Shown here: positions 18,601 to 36,927 of the stretch, piece after piece
Layout of the letters: the number at the start of each line of letters is the position of its first letter
Numbering within the stretch: position 1 is the stretch's first letter
Assembly (NCBI RefSeq): GCF_009914755.1
Contig: NC_060946.1
DNA: 64,000 bases
Direction: 5' to 3' (one strand)
Source of the DNA: the human T2T-CHM13v2.0 reference genome, Homo sapiens
Made by a program: the position numbers and the translations under genes
Notes under the pieces: model-generated
What the model was told of the DNA's origin: nothing
Database searches by the model: none
Seen by the model: the letters and a program-made list of their open reading frames with translations, nothing else

Positions 18601-19005
18601 TAACTTAAAAAAACAATTTTTTTGTAGAGATGGGGTCTCGCTATGTTGCAGAGGCTGGTCTCCTGGGCTCAAGTGTCCTCCCGCCTTGGCCCCCCAAAGT
18701 GCTGGGATTACAGGTACGAGCCACCGCCCCATCCCCTACCATACCTCTGACCTCCACATTTGCATCATATAGGCCACACCGGCCTCCCCTTTGCTCCTCA
18801 CACATGCCAGGCACATGGCCACCTCCCGGCCTTTGCACCCAAGGCTCCCCAGGGAGGGGTATGCCCTCCTGCAAACTCCCGCCTCACTTCCCCTCCTGAC
18901 CCCTTCCATCTTTGCTCCAATGCTACTTTATCCAAGATGGCAGAATCTTCCACTTAGCTTCCTCCACTCCCTGCTTTATTTTCCCTCATAGCATGTATCA
19001 CCCTT

Positions 19006-19380
19006 TGATATGGTGAGGCTTTGTATCCCCACCCAAATCTCATCTCGAATTGTAATCCCCATAATCCCCAGGTGTCCAGGGAGAGACCAGGTGGGGGTAA
19101 CTGACATGGGGGTGGTTTCCCCCATGCTGTTCTCATGATAGTGAAGAGTTCTCACAGGATCTGATGGTTTTATAAGGGGCTCTTCGTGCTTTGCTCAGCA
19201 CTTCTCTCTCCTGCTGCCTTGTGAAGAAGGTGCCTGCCTCCCCTTTCCCTTCTGCCATGATTGTAAGTTTCCTGAGGCCTTCCCAGCCATGCAGAACTGT
19301 GAGTCACTTAAACCTCTTTCCTTTGTAAATTACCCAGTCTTGGGTATTTCCTTATAGCAATGTGAGAACGGACTAATACA
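19006..19380 (+). mobile_element. THE1D-like solo LTR (MaLR)
   Basis: TGATATGG...ACTAATACA termini; perfect 5-bp TSD ccctt (19001-19005, 19381-19385). Confidence 0.92.
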
Positions 19381-22300
19381 CCCTTCATGCAATAAGTTAC
19401 TTGTTATGTTTACTGTCTTTCTCCCACAATGAGAATATAAACCCATGAGGGCAGGTTTGTGTTTTGTTTACTGCTGGAGCCCCAGCACCTAAAATAGTGC
19501 ACAGTACAGAGTAGGCATTGAAGTACTTGTTAAATGTATCAATTCTCATTTTCCCTTTGGGACAACTGAGGTTCAGAGAGGGAGTGTGATTTGCCCAAGG
19601 TCACACAGCTGATAAGCAGAAGGCAAACCCAGTCCCCTAACGTTACATTGCCAGGTGTCCTCTCTTCCACAGCCAGTTCAAGGCTTAGAGAAGCCAGAGG
19701 GCGCAGGCAGTGAATGCTGACAGCTTCCCAAGGAGATCACTAAATTATCAGGTGGCAGGTCCGAATCCAGTCACAGAGGGAAATGAAAACATTTTGGGGT
19801 CTTAAGACCCCTCAGCCATGGTGACCACAGCCACCACTCCTGACCCAGGAGATCTGCAGCCCAAGGTGGGTGGCAATTCAGTGACTCTCATGGCCAGCCC
19901 TTGGGTCCATGAGTATGGTGCTGCAAAACAGGAGGACAGACAGGTCCACTTTGGGCCACCAAGGGGGATCTGCCAAGGCTGAGCCCAGACCAACTGCTCA
20001 CCCTGTGGTCAGACCCCTCACTTCACAGAAAAGGTTCCTGAGGCCCAGATGAGGAAGAGAAATGATTTCCCCCAGGTCACAAGGTAGCTATCCGGGCTAG
20101 CAGCCAAAGCCCTGGACTCCCAGGACCTGATCACCACAGTGGACCAATGGGGGAACACAGCTCAGGAGGAGGAGACTGGGGAGAGACACAGAGACAGTCC
20201 CAACAGCCAAGCAGGTTGATGGAGAAAGCCATTCTTGCAGCAGACAGGGACAGCAGCCATTAAGTCAGGGGCTGTAATGGGATCAGGAACAGACAGTCAT
20301 TCAAAATGAAAACATATAAAACCTCTCTTCTCCCATTACTGCAGAGGGACCGTGTCCCAGACACGCACACTTGATATATTAAATTTGGCAGCTCTAATAC
20401 ACCCCATCTTGTCAATAAACTTATAGGAATTGGATTGAAATTGTAAGAGATGAACGTTTAACGGCCGAGTGCTAAACCAAGCCATTCAGAAAGCTTGAAG
20501 CTCCCAGAAGCTTGCTGGCGCTGGAGAGTAATGGGGAAGGGAGGGGACAGGGAGGGTGGTTCTCTGGGAGACTGGAACAGAACGGTGGCTCTGCGGCCTA
20601 CTTAGATAGACAAAACCACACAGGCATTGAAAAGCTGCCTGTGTGACCTTGGGCAAGTCACTTCCTGTCTCTAGGCCTCTACGTTCACTGTGGGAATATG
20701 AGGCAATGGCTGCTTGATCAGGAAGTGGTACAGAGAAGTTTCCTAATGCAGATGGTGAAAATGATGCTGATAATACCTGGCATTAAGCAAGTGCTCAATA
20801 AATATTACCTATTATTAGGGCTAGTGGTTTATTGAATACCTACTACGTGCTGGCACTAAGCTGAAAGCTCTATATGCATCATCTCATTTAATCCCCAGGA
20901 CAACCTGTGGGGGAGGGCCTGTTATGCCTTTTTAGATGGGGGCACTCAGGTTCCAGAAATGAAGTGACTTAGCCAAGGTCACACTGCTAGGAAGGAGCCC
21001 CGCTGGGCTTGGAATCCAGGTAGCAGGCCTCTAGGGTCCCCACTCCTGATCACATAATGAAAGTCTCCTCCTTAATCCCAGCATTTTGGGAGGCCGAGAT
21101 GGGTCGATTGCTTGAGACCAGGAGTTCAAGACCAGCCTGGGCAATAGAGTGAAACCCCATCTGTACAAAAAATGCAAAAATCAGCTGAGTGTGGTGGCAC
21201 ATGCCTGTATTCCCAGCTACTCAGGAAGTGAGGCAGGAGGCTGGCTTGAGCCCAGGAGGCAGAGGCTGCAGTGAACTGAGACTGAGCCATTGTACTCCAG
21301 CCTGGACAACACAGCAAGACCCCCATCCAAAAAAAAAAAGTCTCCTTCCAACAAATCATAATAATGACAATTTTCCTTTATTAATCACTAGCTACACCCT
21401 AGGACCATGCTAGCCCCTTCAAGCCCCAAGAGGTGTGGATTATAATCTCATTCATGAATGAGGCAACTGAGGCCCAGACAGGTGCCATGAGGGGCCCCAG
21501 CTCACACACATAGGAAGGGCAGAGCAGGCCTCAGGGTACCTGGGGCTCAGGTCTGCCAGGAAAGCCTGTCTTCATGCTGCCGTGCTAGCTGTCCCAAACA
21601 CCAGCCCACCAGGAAACTGGACCACACGCTCCTCGGCCTGCCTCCCCAGCCACACTCTGACCCAAATGGTAAGCCCCTTTGGTGGGCTGTATGTGTGTGT
21701 ATATGTGTGGGTGTTCATGTTTTCCCCCCTCTCTCTCACCCCCTCCACTCCATGGGGGGCAAACCAGCTAATGGTTCCCTTCACTTCATCACCTTGTCAG
21801 CCTCAGCTCAGGGCCATGGCTGCCCACCCATGCCCTCCTCTGCCCACCCATCATCTAGCACATGAGAAGTGTTCGGCCATCCTGGATGGGTCAACACGAC
21901 CCCACATTCCAGTCCCAGCTCTGCCACGTGGCTCAGTCTGTGACTCAGCCACTTGCCCTCTCTGGGCCTCAGTTTCCCCATGTGGGAAGCTGCAGTGGCA
22001 GGACCAGTTGATCTCTAAAGGCCTCTCTGGTTCTAATATCCAGTGATCAGATGAGAAGATGCCCAAAATAACGCTTTTTTAAAAAATGTAAATATTGGTC
22101 TCGCCATGTTGCCCAGGTTGGTCTCAAACTCCTGAGCTCAAGTGATCCTCCCACCTCTGCCTCCTGCAGTGCTGGGATTACAGTCGAGAGCCACCGCACC
22201 AAGCCGGCAATGCTTTCTATCTACCTGTCACAGACACATGTGCAGTGTCAGGCCAGGGAGACCAACGGGCAGCACAGTCCCTCTGGGACGGGAAAGCATG

Positions 22301-22607
22301 CTCACTGAGCACCACCTGGGCAGGCCCCTCCCTGACCCTCTCACCCTAAGAAGCAGGTCACAGCACCCCCATCTCACCTCCGAGAGCGGGATACCCAGCC
22401 TGGGGACAGCACTGAGCATCAGGACCAGCTATCTCTGCATTTCTGTGCCTGGGGAGGCTGTCCGGGGACAGAGTTAAGAGCTGGCTCTGGAGTCAGATGT
22501 CAGGGCTTACATCCAGTCGCTACTGCTTCCTAATTTTCTCACTCAGTGATACTGGCATTTCTGGCCTTGTTTTCCTGCTATGAAAACTGGGATAATAACA
22601 GTGTTCA

Positions 22608-23083
<476 letters not shown>

Positions 23084-23949
23084 ACCAGCTGTGCAGAGCC
23101 CCCACTGCCCAGGGATGGCATTGGGGTGAGGGGGCACACATTCTACCTACTTCACAGTCCTGTCCCCACAGGCATGTGCCTGAGGCCATGTTCCCAGACA
23201 GAGGCTGGCCTTCAACAAGATGACCTCGCTCAGATGTAAAATTCTAGAGCTCCTGAACCAAATGCCTCCCGCTCTGATGCCTTTGCCCACATTAGGATAA
23301 GGTTCAACTTGCAGAATCCTCTGGACACATGCAGCGCCCTGCCAGACACACAACTTGGCAAGCAGAATGCCGGCTGGAGTTCAGCTCCAGCTCACCCCTC
23401 AGCCAGGTGTCCTTGCACAAGGTGCAACCTGCACCACCGTACTTGGCAGCCGAGGAGGGGTCAGGGACAGGGGAGGAAGGGGACAGCTGGAGTGTCTCTA
23501 AATGGCGCCCAGATACCATCATGGGGTGCTGACTAAGCTGGCCCCCTCTGCTGTGATTCATCCCCATCCTCTGAGGGTGGCACACGCAGCAGAGTGTGAG
23601 CGAGGTCCCGTCTGGAACACAGAACCATCCGGCCCCACGCCCTGCCAGAAACACAGGTGGTGCCATCCACCCACTCCCAGGGACCAGGTGCACGGCTGCA
23701 AAGGCATCTGCTGGATCCCTGGAGCACCAGCAGGTGAGAGTGCTGGCTTCTCTTGGCCAAGGGGCAGCGGGCAAGGCTAGTGGGACAACCTCTGGGTCAC
23801 ATGGGTCACATCTGAATTCCAGCTCTGCTGCTTATGAGCTGGGTGACCCCTGGGAAGTCATTTCATCTCCCTTGATCTATTCTTAGCTATAAAATATGGA
23901 TCCCACAGCTGCTGAGGTTTACCGAGGCAGTAGTACATTAAGGTGCCTA

Positions 23950-24660
23950 GTAGCCAGCTGCAATGGCTCAGGCCTGTAATCCCAACATGTTGGGAGGCCG
24001 AGGTGGGAGGATCACTGGAGCCCAGGAGCTCGAGACCAGCCTGGACAACATGGGCAGACCCCATTTCTACAGAAAGAAAGAAAAAAATTAGGCAGGCATG
24101 GTGGTACATACCTGTAGTCCCAGCTATTTGAGAGGCTGAGGTGGGAGGATAGCTTGAGCCCAAGGAGGTCAAGGCTCCAGCCAGCTGAGATTGCGCCACT
24201 ACACTCCAGCCTGGGTGACAGAGACCCTGTCTCAAACAAAGAAAAAAATGTGCCTAGCATATAGTTCCTGCTCAATAACGGAGGCTGTTACTGTTGTTAC
24301 TATTATCATCCGGGCTGCCCACCCCCTCACCCTCTAAGTGAACACACTCTGAACCCCACTTTAAAATCGCAGTCAAGGCCGGGCACGGTGGCTCATGTCT
24401 GTAATCCCAGCACTTTGGGAGGCCAAGGTGGGTGGATCACTTGAGGTCAGGAGTTTGAGACCAGCCTGACCAACATGGTGAAACCCCGTTTCTACTAAAA
24501 ATACAAAATTAGCCAGGCGTGGTGGCACACGCCTATAATCCCAGCTGCTCAGGAGGCTGAGGCAGGAGAATTGCTCAAACCCAGGCAGCGGAGGTTGCAG
24601 TGAGCAGAGATTGTGCCACTATGCTCCAGGCTGGGCAACAAAGTGAGACCTTGTCAAAAA
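23950..24660 (+). mobile_element. AluJ (about 23950-24248) and AluS (about 24377-24660)
   Basis: Alu consensus motifs. Confidence 0.87.
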
Positions 24661-24837
24661 AGAAGAAAGAAAGAAAGAAAAAAAGAAAGGAGAGAGAGAG
24701 AGAGGGAGGGAGGGAGGGAGGGAGGGAGGGAGGGAGGGAGGGAGGGGGAGAGAGAGAGAGAGAAAGAAAGAAAAAGAAAAGAAAGAAAAGAAAGGAAAGA
24801 AAGAAAGAAAGGAAACAAAGAGAAAGAAAGAAGAAAA
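24656..24837. repeat. Polypurine compound microsatellite (GAAA)n(GA)n(GGGA)n(GA)n(GAAA)n from an Alu tail
   Basis: About 180 nt almost purely A/G. Confidence 0.95.
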
Positions 24838-25980
24838 CTAGTCAAGGCACTGTGGGGTGGCAGAGAGGAGAAAAGAGGCTGGGGATGGTGGGTGAGGGGT
24901 GACAGCTTCAGATTTGATTCCCGCTTGCTTGGCACTTCGCTTTCATTCCCTTATTTAATCCTCCTAGAGACACTCTGAGTAGATATCAATATCAAGTGTC
25001 CATTTTACAGACCAGAAAACAGTTTTGGGAAAACTCGGTCCTAATTTGTTCACAGCCATGGCCAGAAAGACTCTAATAATAACCATAACAATTACTGTTA
25101 GTGTCAGTAACAATAATGACACATCAATAACCAATAACAACCACGTCTCATCATCCTGAGCTGCCAGTGGGCCAGGGTGCCATGGACCCCCACATCCCCT
25201 CCTGTGGAGTCTTCACCATGACACTGTGAAGCCACGTGCCTAAGGCCCCACAGCCAAGGCACACCAGAGCTGGCACGCACACTTGGGTCTGGCTGACCCC
25301 AGAGCCCACTCTCTCTCCATCCCACTGTCCTGCCGTGAGGCTGCTACAGGGCAAACATTTGCGCTTCATCAATATTCTCCATTCCTTTCGTTGTGTGTGT
25401 CTCAGGTACAGAAAGAGCTGGCTTTGGCACAAGGCAAAAATAAGCCAACAGCTCGGCCTTTGGCCAGGGGCTGGGATGTGCACTATAATTATCCTGGACT
25501 TGTGCTCACCACAGGCGACCCTGAAGCTCACCTGTTATTTTTTCTAATTATGGCACCTCCAGACCCCAGGTAAACAGTAAACCACAGCCAGAGGACGGCT
25601 TTATTGCACGCCCACTAGGAGCTCGGTAATGTCCCAGTGTCATATATGCCTGCCATCTGGAGTTGATGGCATCAGAACCACCCTGTGGGGGTGGTCTGCA
25701 GACTGCTGGTGCAGGACCCTGTTCGGAAGGAAGCGCCAAGGAAATCCAGATGTCTTTCCTGACCGAACCCCCGTATGCTAGAGGCATCCTTGAGATCCTT
25801 GGGTGGCAGCCACACACCTTTTTCATCCTGACCTCATCCCTGTGTTTGCCTCCTGCCCTCCCCTGGGGTAAGGCACATCATCTTTTTCCCACAGGTCTAA
25901 GGCAGCGAGGGGCCCACCCACTGCAATTTCTGACTCGGCAGGTCTGGGACAGGGCCAGGATGTAAGAAAGTCCTGATTCA

Positions 25981-26636
<656 letters not shown>

Positions 26637-26953
26637 CAGAAAGAAATGCTAGCCTAAGGTAGCAGATGATGGACAGAACAGAGAGGGTGAGAGCATGCTC
26701 AAGGTCACACAGAACAATCCTTTGAAGCTGTTTTCCCTTAAACACAACTACTCTAATCACCAACCCAGGTCTGAATCCAGTCCCTGCCACTCTCAGGTTG
26801 TGTAACTCTCAGCAAACTGCTTACCTCTGAGCTTCATCTGGAAGACGAGGGTAATGACTCTATTTCATAAGATTACTGTGAGAATTAAATCATGCATGCT
26901 AGCTGCTTAGCACAGTGCCTGGCACGCCAATGGTGCTTCACACACGCTTGTGC

Positions 26954-27712
26954 ATGTTGCAGCCAGCCTCCAAGCCCCCAGCAATCCCACCTCCTGATTT
27001 TCACACCTTGTGTAGTCCCCTCCAAGCTGGGTCAGGGTTGGTCTATGTGACCAAGAGAACAGAGCAGAGGTGAGGGTATGCCATTTCCAAGAACAGGTTA
27101 TAAAAGACACTGCAGGGAGGGCATGGTGGCTCACACCTGTAATCCTAGCACTTTGGGAGGCCAAGGCGGGCAGATCACTTGAGGTCAGGAGTTCGAGACC
27201 AGCCTGACCAACATGGGGAAACCTCGTCTCTACTAAAATACAAAAAATTAGCCGGGTGTGGGGCGTGCACCTATAGTCCCAGCTACTTGGGAGGCTGAGG
27301 CAGGAGAATTGTTTGAACCTGGGAGACGGAGGTTGCAGTGAGCCGAGATCGCCACTGCACTCCAGCCTGGGCAAGAGAATGAGACTCCATCTCCAAAAAA
27401 AAAAAAGACACTGCTGCTTCCATCTCAGTGTCTTCTTTCTCTGATCACTTGGTCTGGGGGAAGCCAGCTGCCACACTGTGAGCAGCCCTGCAGGGTGGCC
27501 CACGTGGCAAGGAACTGAGACCCCCTGCTAACAGCCACGTGAATACATTTGGAAGCAAACCCTCTGGCCGCAGTTAAGCCTTCAGAAGACTCCACCCTGG
27601 CTGGTATCTTGACTGCAACCTCCCAAGAGACTCAGCCAGAACCACTCAGCTAAGCAGCGCCCAGATTCCTGACCCTAGAAACAGTATGAGAAAATAAAAG
27701 TTTGTTGCTTTA
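26954..27712 (+). mobile_element. MLT1 (MLT1F-like) LTR interrupted by an AluS (about 27118-27406)
   Basis: gcccacgtggcaaggaactgag and ttcctgaccc.agaaac..tgaga.aataaa motifs; Alu TSD aaaagacactgc. Confidence 0.8.
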
Positions 27713-27830
27713 GGTTGGACGCAGTGGTTCATTCCTGTAATCCCAGCACCTTGGGAGGCCAAGAAAGGAGGATTGCTTAAGTCCAGGAGTTTGAGACCAG
27801 CCTGAGCAACATAGTAAGACCCTATCTCTA

Positions 27831-27998
<168 letters not shown>

Positions 27999-28136
27999 TC
28001 AAAAAAGAAAAGAAAACTTAATAGGATTATGTCCAGATTTTTTTCATTTGGTATCTATTTTTTAAAGTTTCTATATTTGGCATGTATTGTTTTAAAATTT
28101 ACACACACACAAAAAGTCCCTTCAAAAAAAGTGGGG

Positions 28137-28235
28137 GGCTAGTCCAAGTGCAGCAGTGTTGGTGACTAACTGATCACAACCAGATACAGATTTCTTTGTT
28201 CCTTCTGCACTCCCACTGCCTCGCTTGACTAGCCT
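28137..28235 (+). pseudogene. Y3 RNA (RNY3-like) retropseudogene
   Basis: GGCTAGTCCAAGTGCAG...TGATCACAACCAG.TACAGATTTCTTTGTTCCTTCT.CACTCCCACTGC...CTTGACTAGCCT matches hY3 full length; followed by an A-rich tail. Confidence 0.92.
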
Positions 28236-28866
28236 CTAAAAAAGAGAAAAAGAACAAGAGGGAAATTTGTAAGGCGGGGATAAATCCTATTCCTTCTCCC
28301 TCTGGAGGCTGCCATGGAGGGTTCCAGAGACCTGGTTCACTCGGATGAACCAGCCAGGGGTGGTAAGTGAAAGAAATAGAGCAGACATTCCCCTCACCCC
28401 CTGGATGAAGACTGACAAGGCAAACCCTGATTCCAACCAGACTTGGCCTAGCACACCCCAAGGCCTGGTGAAGGTCGGCTGAGCCTGAATCTGGGCTCCA
28501 GGAACTGCGGGCTGGAGACAAGTTTCTCATCAGATAGTTACAGGTCCCAAGAGGCCAGAGTTTCCAAATAGGAAAGGTAAAAATAGTCTGAATGAGGCTC
28601 CTGAACCAGATACTTGGACTCAGAACTGTCTCTGCCTCCCGCTTCTTCTCTCCCGAGTCTGGGCACCAAATATCATCTGATCCTCTATCTCCACTGTCAC
28701 TACTGCCCAAGAAAGAACTCAGCTCCTCACCTCTGGACTCCTCACATCTGGACAGCCCCCTCCATTCACTGTATCATAAGCAGCATCAGATCAACTCTCC
28801 TTAAATCATCCCTGCTCAAAATTTTCCATGGCTTCCAAGTGAGAAACTTATTAAAAATGAATCTCA

Positions 28867-29930
<1,064 letters not shown>

Positions 29931-30371
29931 TAGTCTCCTGGGTCAGGTCCCCAGAAATCCTGATTTAGCAGATCTGGAGGGGGACCTAGAAATCTGCATT
30001 TTAACTAGCAAGTCTAATACCCCTTAAGAAGCAAAAGCCTGGAGGAATGAACTTTCCCTTGAGTTCCAAATGCAGCCTCTGCTGGGGACAGTTATTCTGG
30101 GTAGACACAGCCCCCTGGACTCATGTCCCAGCTAGAAATCAGTCCAATTATGAATAACCTCAGGTCACTGAAGTGGTAATCCAACTTGATGCTAAGCACA
30201 ATTAGTTAAAGTGGATAAAGCTGTTTTCTTACTAGATAAGTGTCTTGTCACACTCCTGGAAAGTTTAGAATTAAAAATAGAAGCATAAGAGCAAATCAAA
30301 TTCACTGTATTAATGTTCCTATCCTAAATTTAGTAATAATCTGTATATTTTGGAATTAAAAAGTAGCTGTT

Positions 30372-30972
<601 letters not shown>

Positions 30973-31711
30973 GAACAATCCTACTGGGAACTGTGCATGC
31001 GAGGGATCTAGGTTATGTGCTCCTTATGAGAATCTAATGCCTAAAACAAAAAAAGTATCTGTAATATTGAAAAAAAAATGTGATATGTTGAGTGTCTAAC
31101 AGATAAGCATTGTGATTCCTATTTAAAATACAAAAGTTAAAATATAGAGTTAGTGACAAAATATATGTCAGTAATTGATATTAGAGTTGTGATTTTAGAT
31201 TGAGAGGTTAGCAATGATTGGAAATATGGACTGTATAACAGAATTACCTGGGGTGCTGTAAAGGTTACTAAGGGGCCCCCCATATATTCCTATTTCATGT
31301 CAGAAATACAGCCTGTTTTTTTGTTTTTGTTCTTTTTAGCTCCCTAAACTAAGAGCCACTGACATAGAGAATTTTACTAAGTCTGTAAAAATAATTATTT
31401 ATAAGAACTTGAAATTCATTATAAGTTTAATTGATTAGATTTTGTAGTAACTCTTTACTCTGGGGAAAACTGTGCTTGTTATGTTATTCATATAAAGTAC
31501 TTAAAAAGAAAATCAAATATATTAAATTTACAAATAGATTTAAAATGTTGGCAGGAATGAAATTAAGCTGTAAATAGGGATGAGTGTCTTGAGAAATTCA
31601 GAATCTTCAACTTGAGTTCAAATATTAATAAAAAAATTAAGGTCATTTTTCTTATTTGCCGATATTTATGTATTGAATAATAATTTCTAAGTTGAAATAC
31701 ATGGCTTAAAG

Positions 31712-32238
31712 CAGGGGACCCCAACCCCCAGGCCCCGGAACGGTACGGGTCCATGGCCTGTCAGGAGCTGGGCCGCACAGCAGGAGGTGAGTGGCAGGTG
31801 AGTAAGCGAAGCTTCATCTGTATTTACAGCCACTCCCCATTGCTCGCATTACCGCCTGAGCTTCGTCTCCTGTCAGATCATCGGCAGCATTAGATTCTCA
31901 TAGGAGCACGAATCCTATTGTGAACTGCGCATGCGAGGGATCTAGGTTGCACGCTCCTTATGAGAATCTATGCCTGTTGATCTGTCACTGTCTCCCATCA
32001 CCCCCAGATGGGACCGTCTAGTTGCAGGACAACAAGCTCAGGCCTCCCACTGATTCTACATTATGGTGAGCTGTATAATTATTTCATTATATATTACAAT
32101 GTAATAACAGAAATAAAGTGCACAATAAATATAATCCACTTGAATCATCCTGAAACCATCCCCCTCCTGTATCCCGTCCATAGAAAAACTGTCTTCCACA
32201 AAACTGGTCTCTGGTGCCAAAAAGGTTGGGGACTGCTA
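31712..32238 (+). mobile_element. MER1A hAT-Charlie DNA transposon, full length
   Basis: CAGGGGACCCCAACC...GGTTGGGGACTGCTA terminal inverted repeats; 527 bp; degenerate 8-bp TSD gcttaaag/gtttaagg. Confidence 0.88.
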
Positions 32239-32312
32239 GTTTAAGGGAAATTACGTTTTTTAAATGATTACCTCCGAATGAGAATTTAAAAGATAAAATA
32301 TAAAACCAAAAT

Positions 32313-33563
<1,251 letters not shown>

Positions 33564-33884
33564 TTAACTCCCTGTGGTCTTCCCTACTCATTTCTCCCTC
33601 CTCTGAACTTCCCATCAGCCAGATTGGTTGGAAATGATTAGCAAGACCTAAGTAGTCTTCCCCTGGAGCCTCACAACTTCCTGCTCTGAGGGGCTCCCAG
33701 GATGCTTTGCAAATAGTATAAAACCACAGTAAGGATAACTCATGGATGTAAAGCATTTCACATTTTACCTTCTGATCCCCTAACCTGGTATTACTGTTGC
33801 TCTTTACAGATGAATTAAAAGAGAGTTAAAGCCTGATCAATGTCAGAGTCAGAGGCAGAGCCAGGCCTGCAATCCAATCCCTAG

Positions 33885-35550
<1,666 letters not shown>

Positions 35551-36250
35551 AGACTCCGTAAGGTGGGTTCCAAGGCCAGACATGAGCTGACCGGAGTCAA
35601 CCTCTTCACAGTCCACTCTACTTCTTTCCCTCAAACATCCCAGGACTGTAGCTGCCTCAAGGCCTTTGCACCAACGTTTTCCTGTTCAACTCTACTATTC
35701 ATTCAGGTCTCTAGTCAAGTGTCACCCCCCAGAGCAGCTACCCAGGGTGCAATGTCACCACCACTGCCTCTCCAGTCAACCAAAGCACTATCTGTTTGCT
35801 GTACTGCATCTCCCCACCCGCCCACTCCGTAGATTGAGCGCTCTGTGAGAGCAAGGACTTTGTTCACTGCTGGGTCCCCAGAGCAGGGACCAGAACAGGC
35901 GCTGGGAAAACATCTGTTGAATGCCCCAGGTACTCCAAAGCCCTTGCTCTTTTCAATCCCAAGCAGGTTCCAAGTCTCCAGCCTTCCAAACCAGGGTTGC
36001 CCGGTGCGAAGCCCAGGGGTGAGAGGAACAGGAAGCAGGGCAGATCCGTCCCTGCCCTTAATCCAGGGTGAAGGGTTTAACCTCCAGGACAAGACTTTTG
36101 CCGCAGGCTCCAGCTCCTGGCCTAGACTTGGGGCTGGTGCAGGGGACAAGGCGAAGAGTTGAGCCAGGGTCTCGGGAACCCAGCTGCCCTCGCCCCTCTA
36201 TCCACACCCTATCCCAAGAAATGGTGCGTCCCGCCGCAGGGCGTACGCAC

Positions 36251-36390
36251 AGAGAAGGAAGTGTTCAAGTCTTCCAGTGCGGAGAAAAGAGACTAGGACT
36301 CGCCCCTCGACGTCTCGCGGAAGGTACCTGGCTCCCCGGTGGCTGCAGCTCCGGGCTCCTCCTCCTGCGTCCTCGCGTCGCGTACTGCTT
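36251..36390 (-). other. ZMAT5: Probable non-coding first exon of ZMAT5
   Basis: Within the CpG island; candidate donors TCT|gtgcgt (36250) and CAG|gtacct (36327); TSS position approximate. Confidence 0.55.
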
Positions 36391-36777
36391 GCTGGGATTC
36401 GTAGTCTCGCCTTGGCCATCAGTTCGCCCTTCCCAGAGAGCTTTGGGAATCTAAGCCGGGACTGGGCGGAGGGCGGGGAGAAGGTGATGGCGCGCGAGGG
36501 CTTCTGGGAGTTGTAGTTTGACATATTCTAACAGCCAGGAATTCTGGAGAAGAAAAATTGGGTAATAAATCTTATCAGATTATCTGGGCTGTCCTGATAT
36601 GAACCTTTTGAGTTTTTTTCCTCATTCCCAGGATAGGAATACCTCTGTGGTTCAAAACACGAAGGCTGAGATTCAGAGGAACTACAAATCCCATAAAGTG
36701 TTGCACGTCTAGGGCCTTTGGGGAACGAGGTCGGCCCCAGCGCAGGCGCGGTGGCGCGAGTTGGACTGTGAAGAAAC

Positions 36778-36927
36778 ATGGCGGCCGCGACGTTGACTTC
36801 GAAATTGTACTCCCTGCTGTTCCGCAGGACCTCCACCTTCGCCCTCACCATCATCGTGGGCGTCATGTTCTTCGAGCGCGCCTTCGATCAAGGCGCGGAC
36901 GCTATCTACGACCACATCAACGAGGGG
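36778..36927 (+). CDS. UQCR10: UQCR10 exon 1, cytochrome b-c1 complex subunit 9 (aa 1-50)
   Basis: MAAATLTSKLYSLLFRRTSTFALTIIVGVMFFERAFDQGADAIYDHINEG is the QCR9 family sequence; GGG|gtgagg donor, phase 0. Confidence 0.98.

Noticed and set aside
24600-24978. K/R/E/G-rich ORFs
   Set aside because: Translation of the purine microsatellite.
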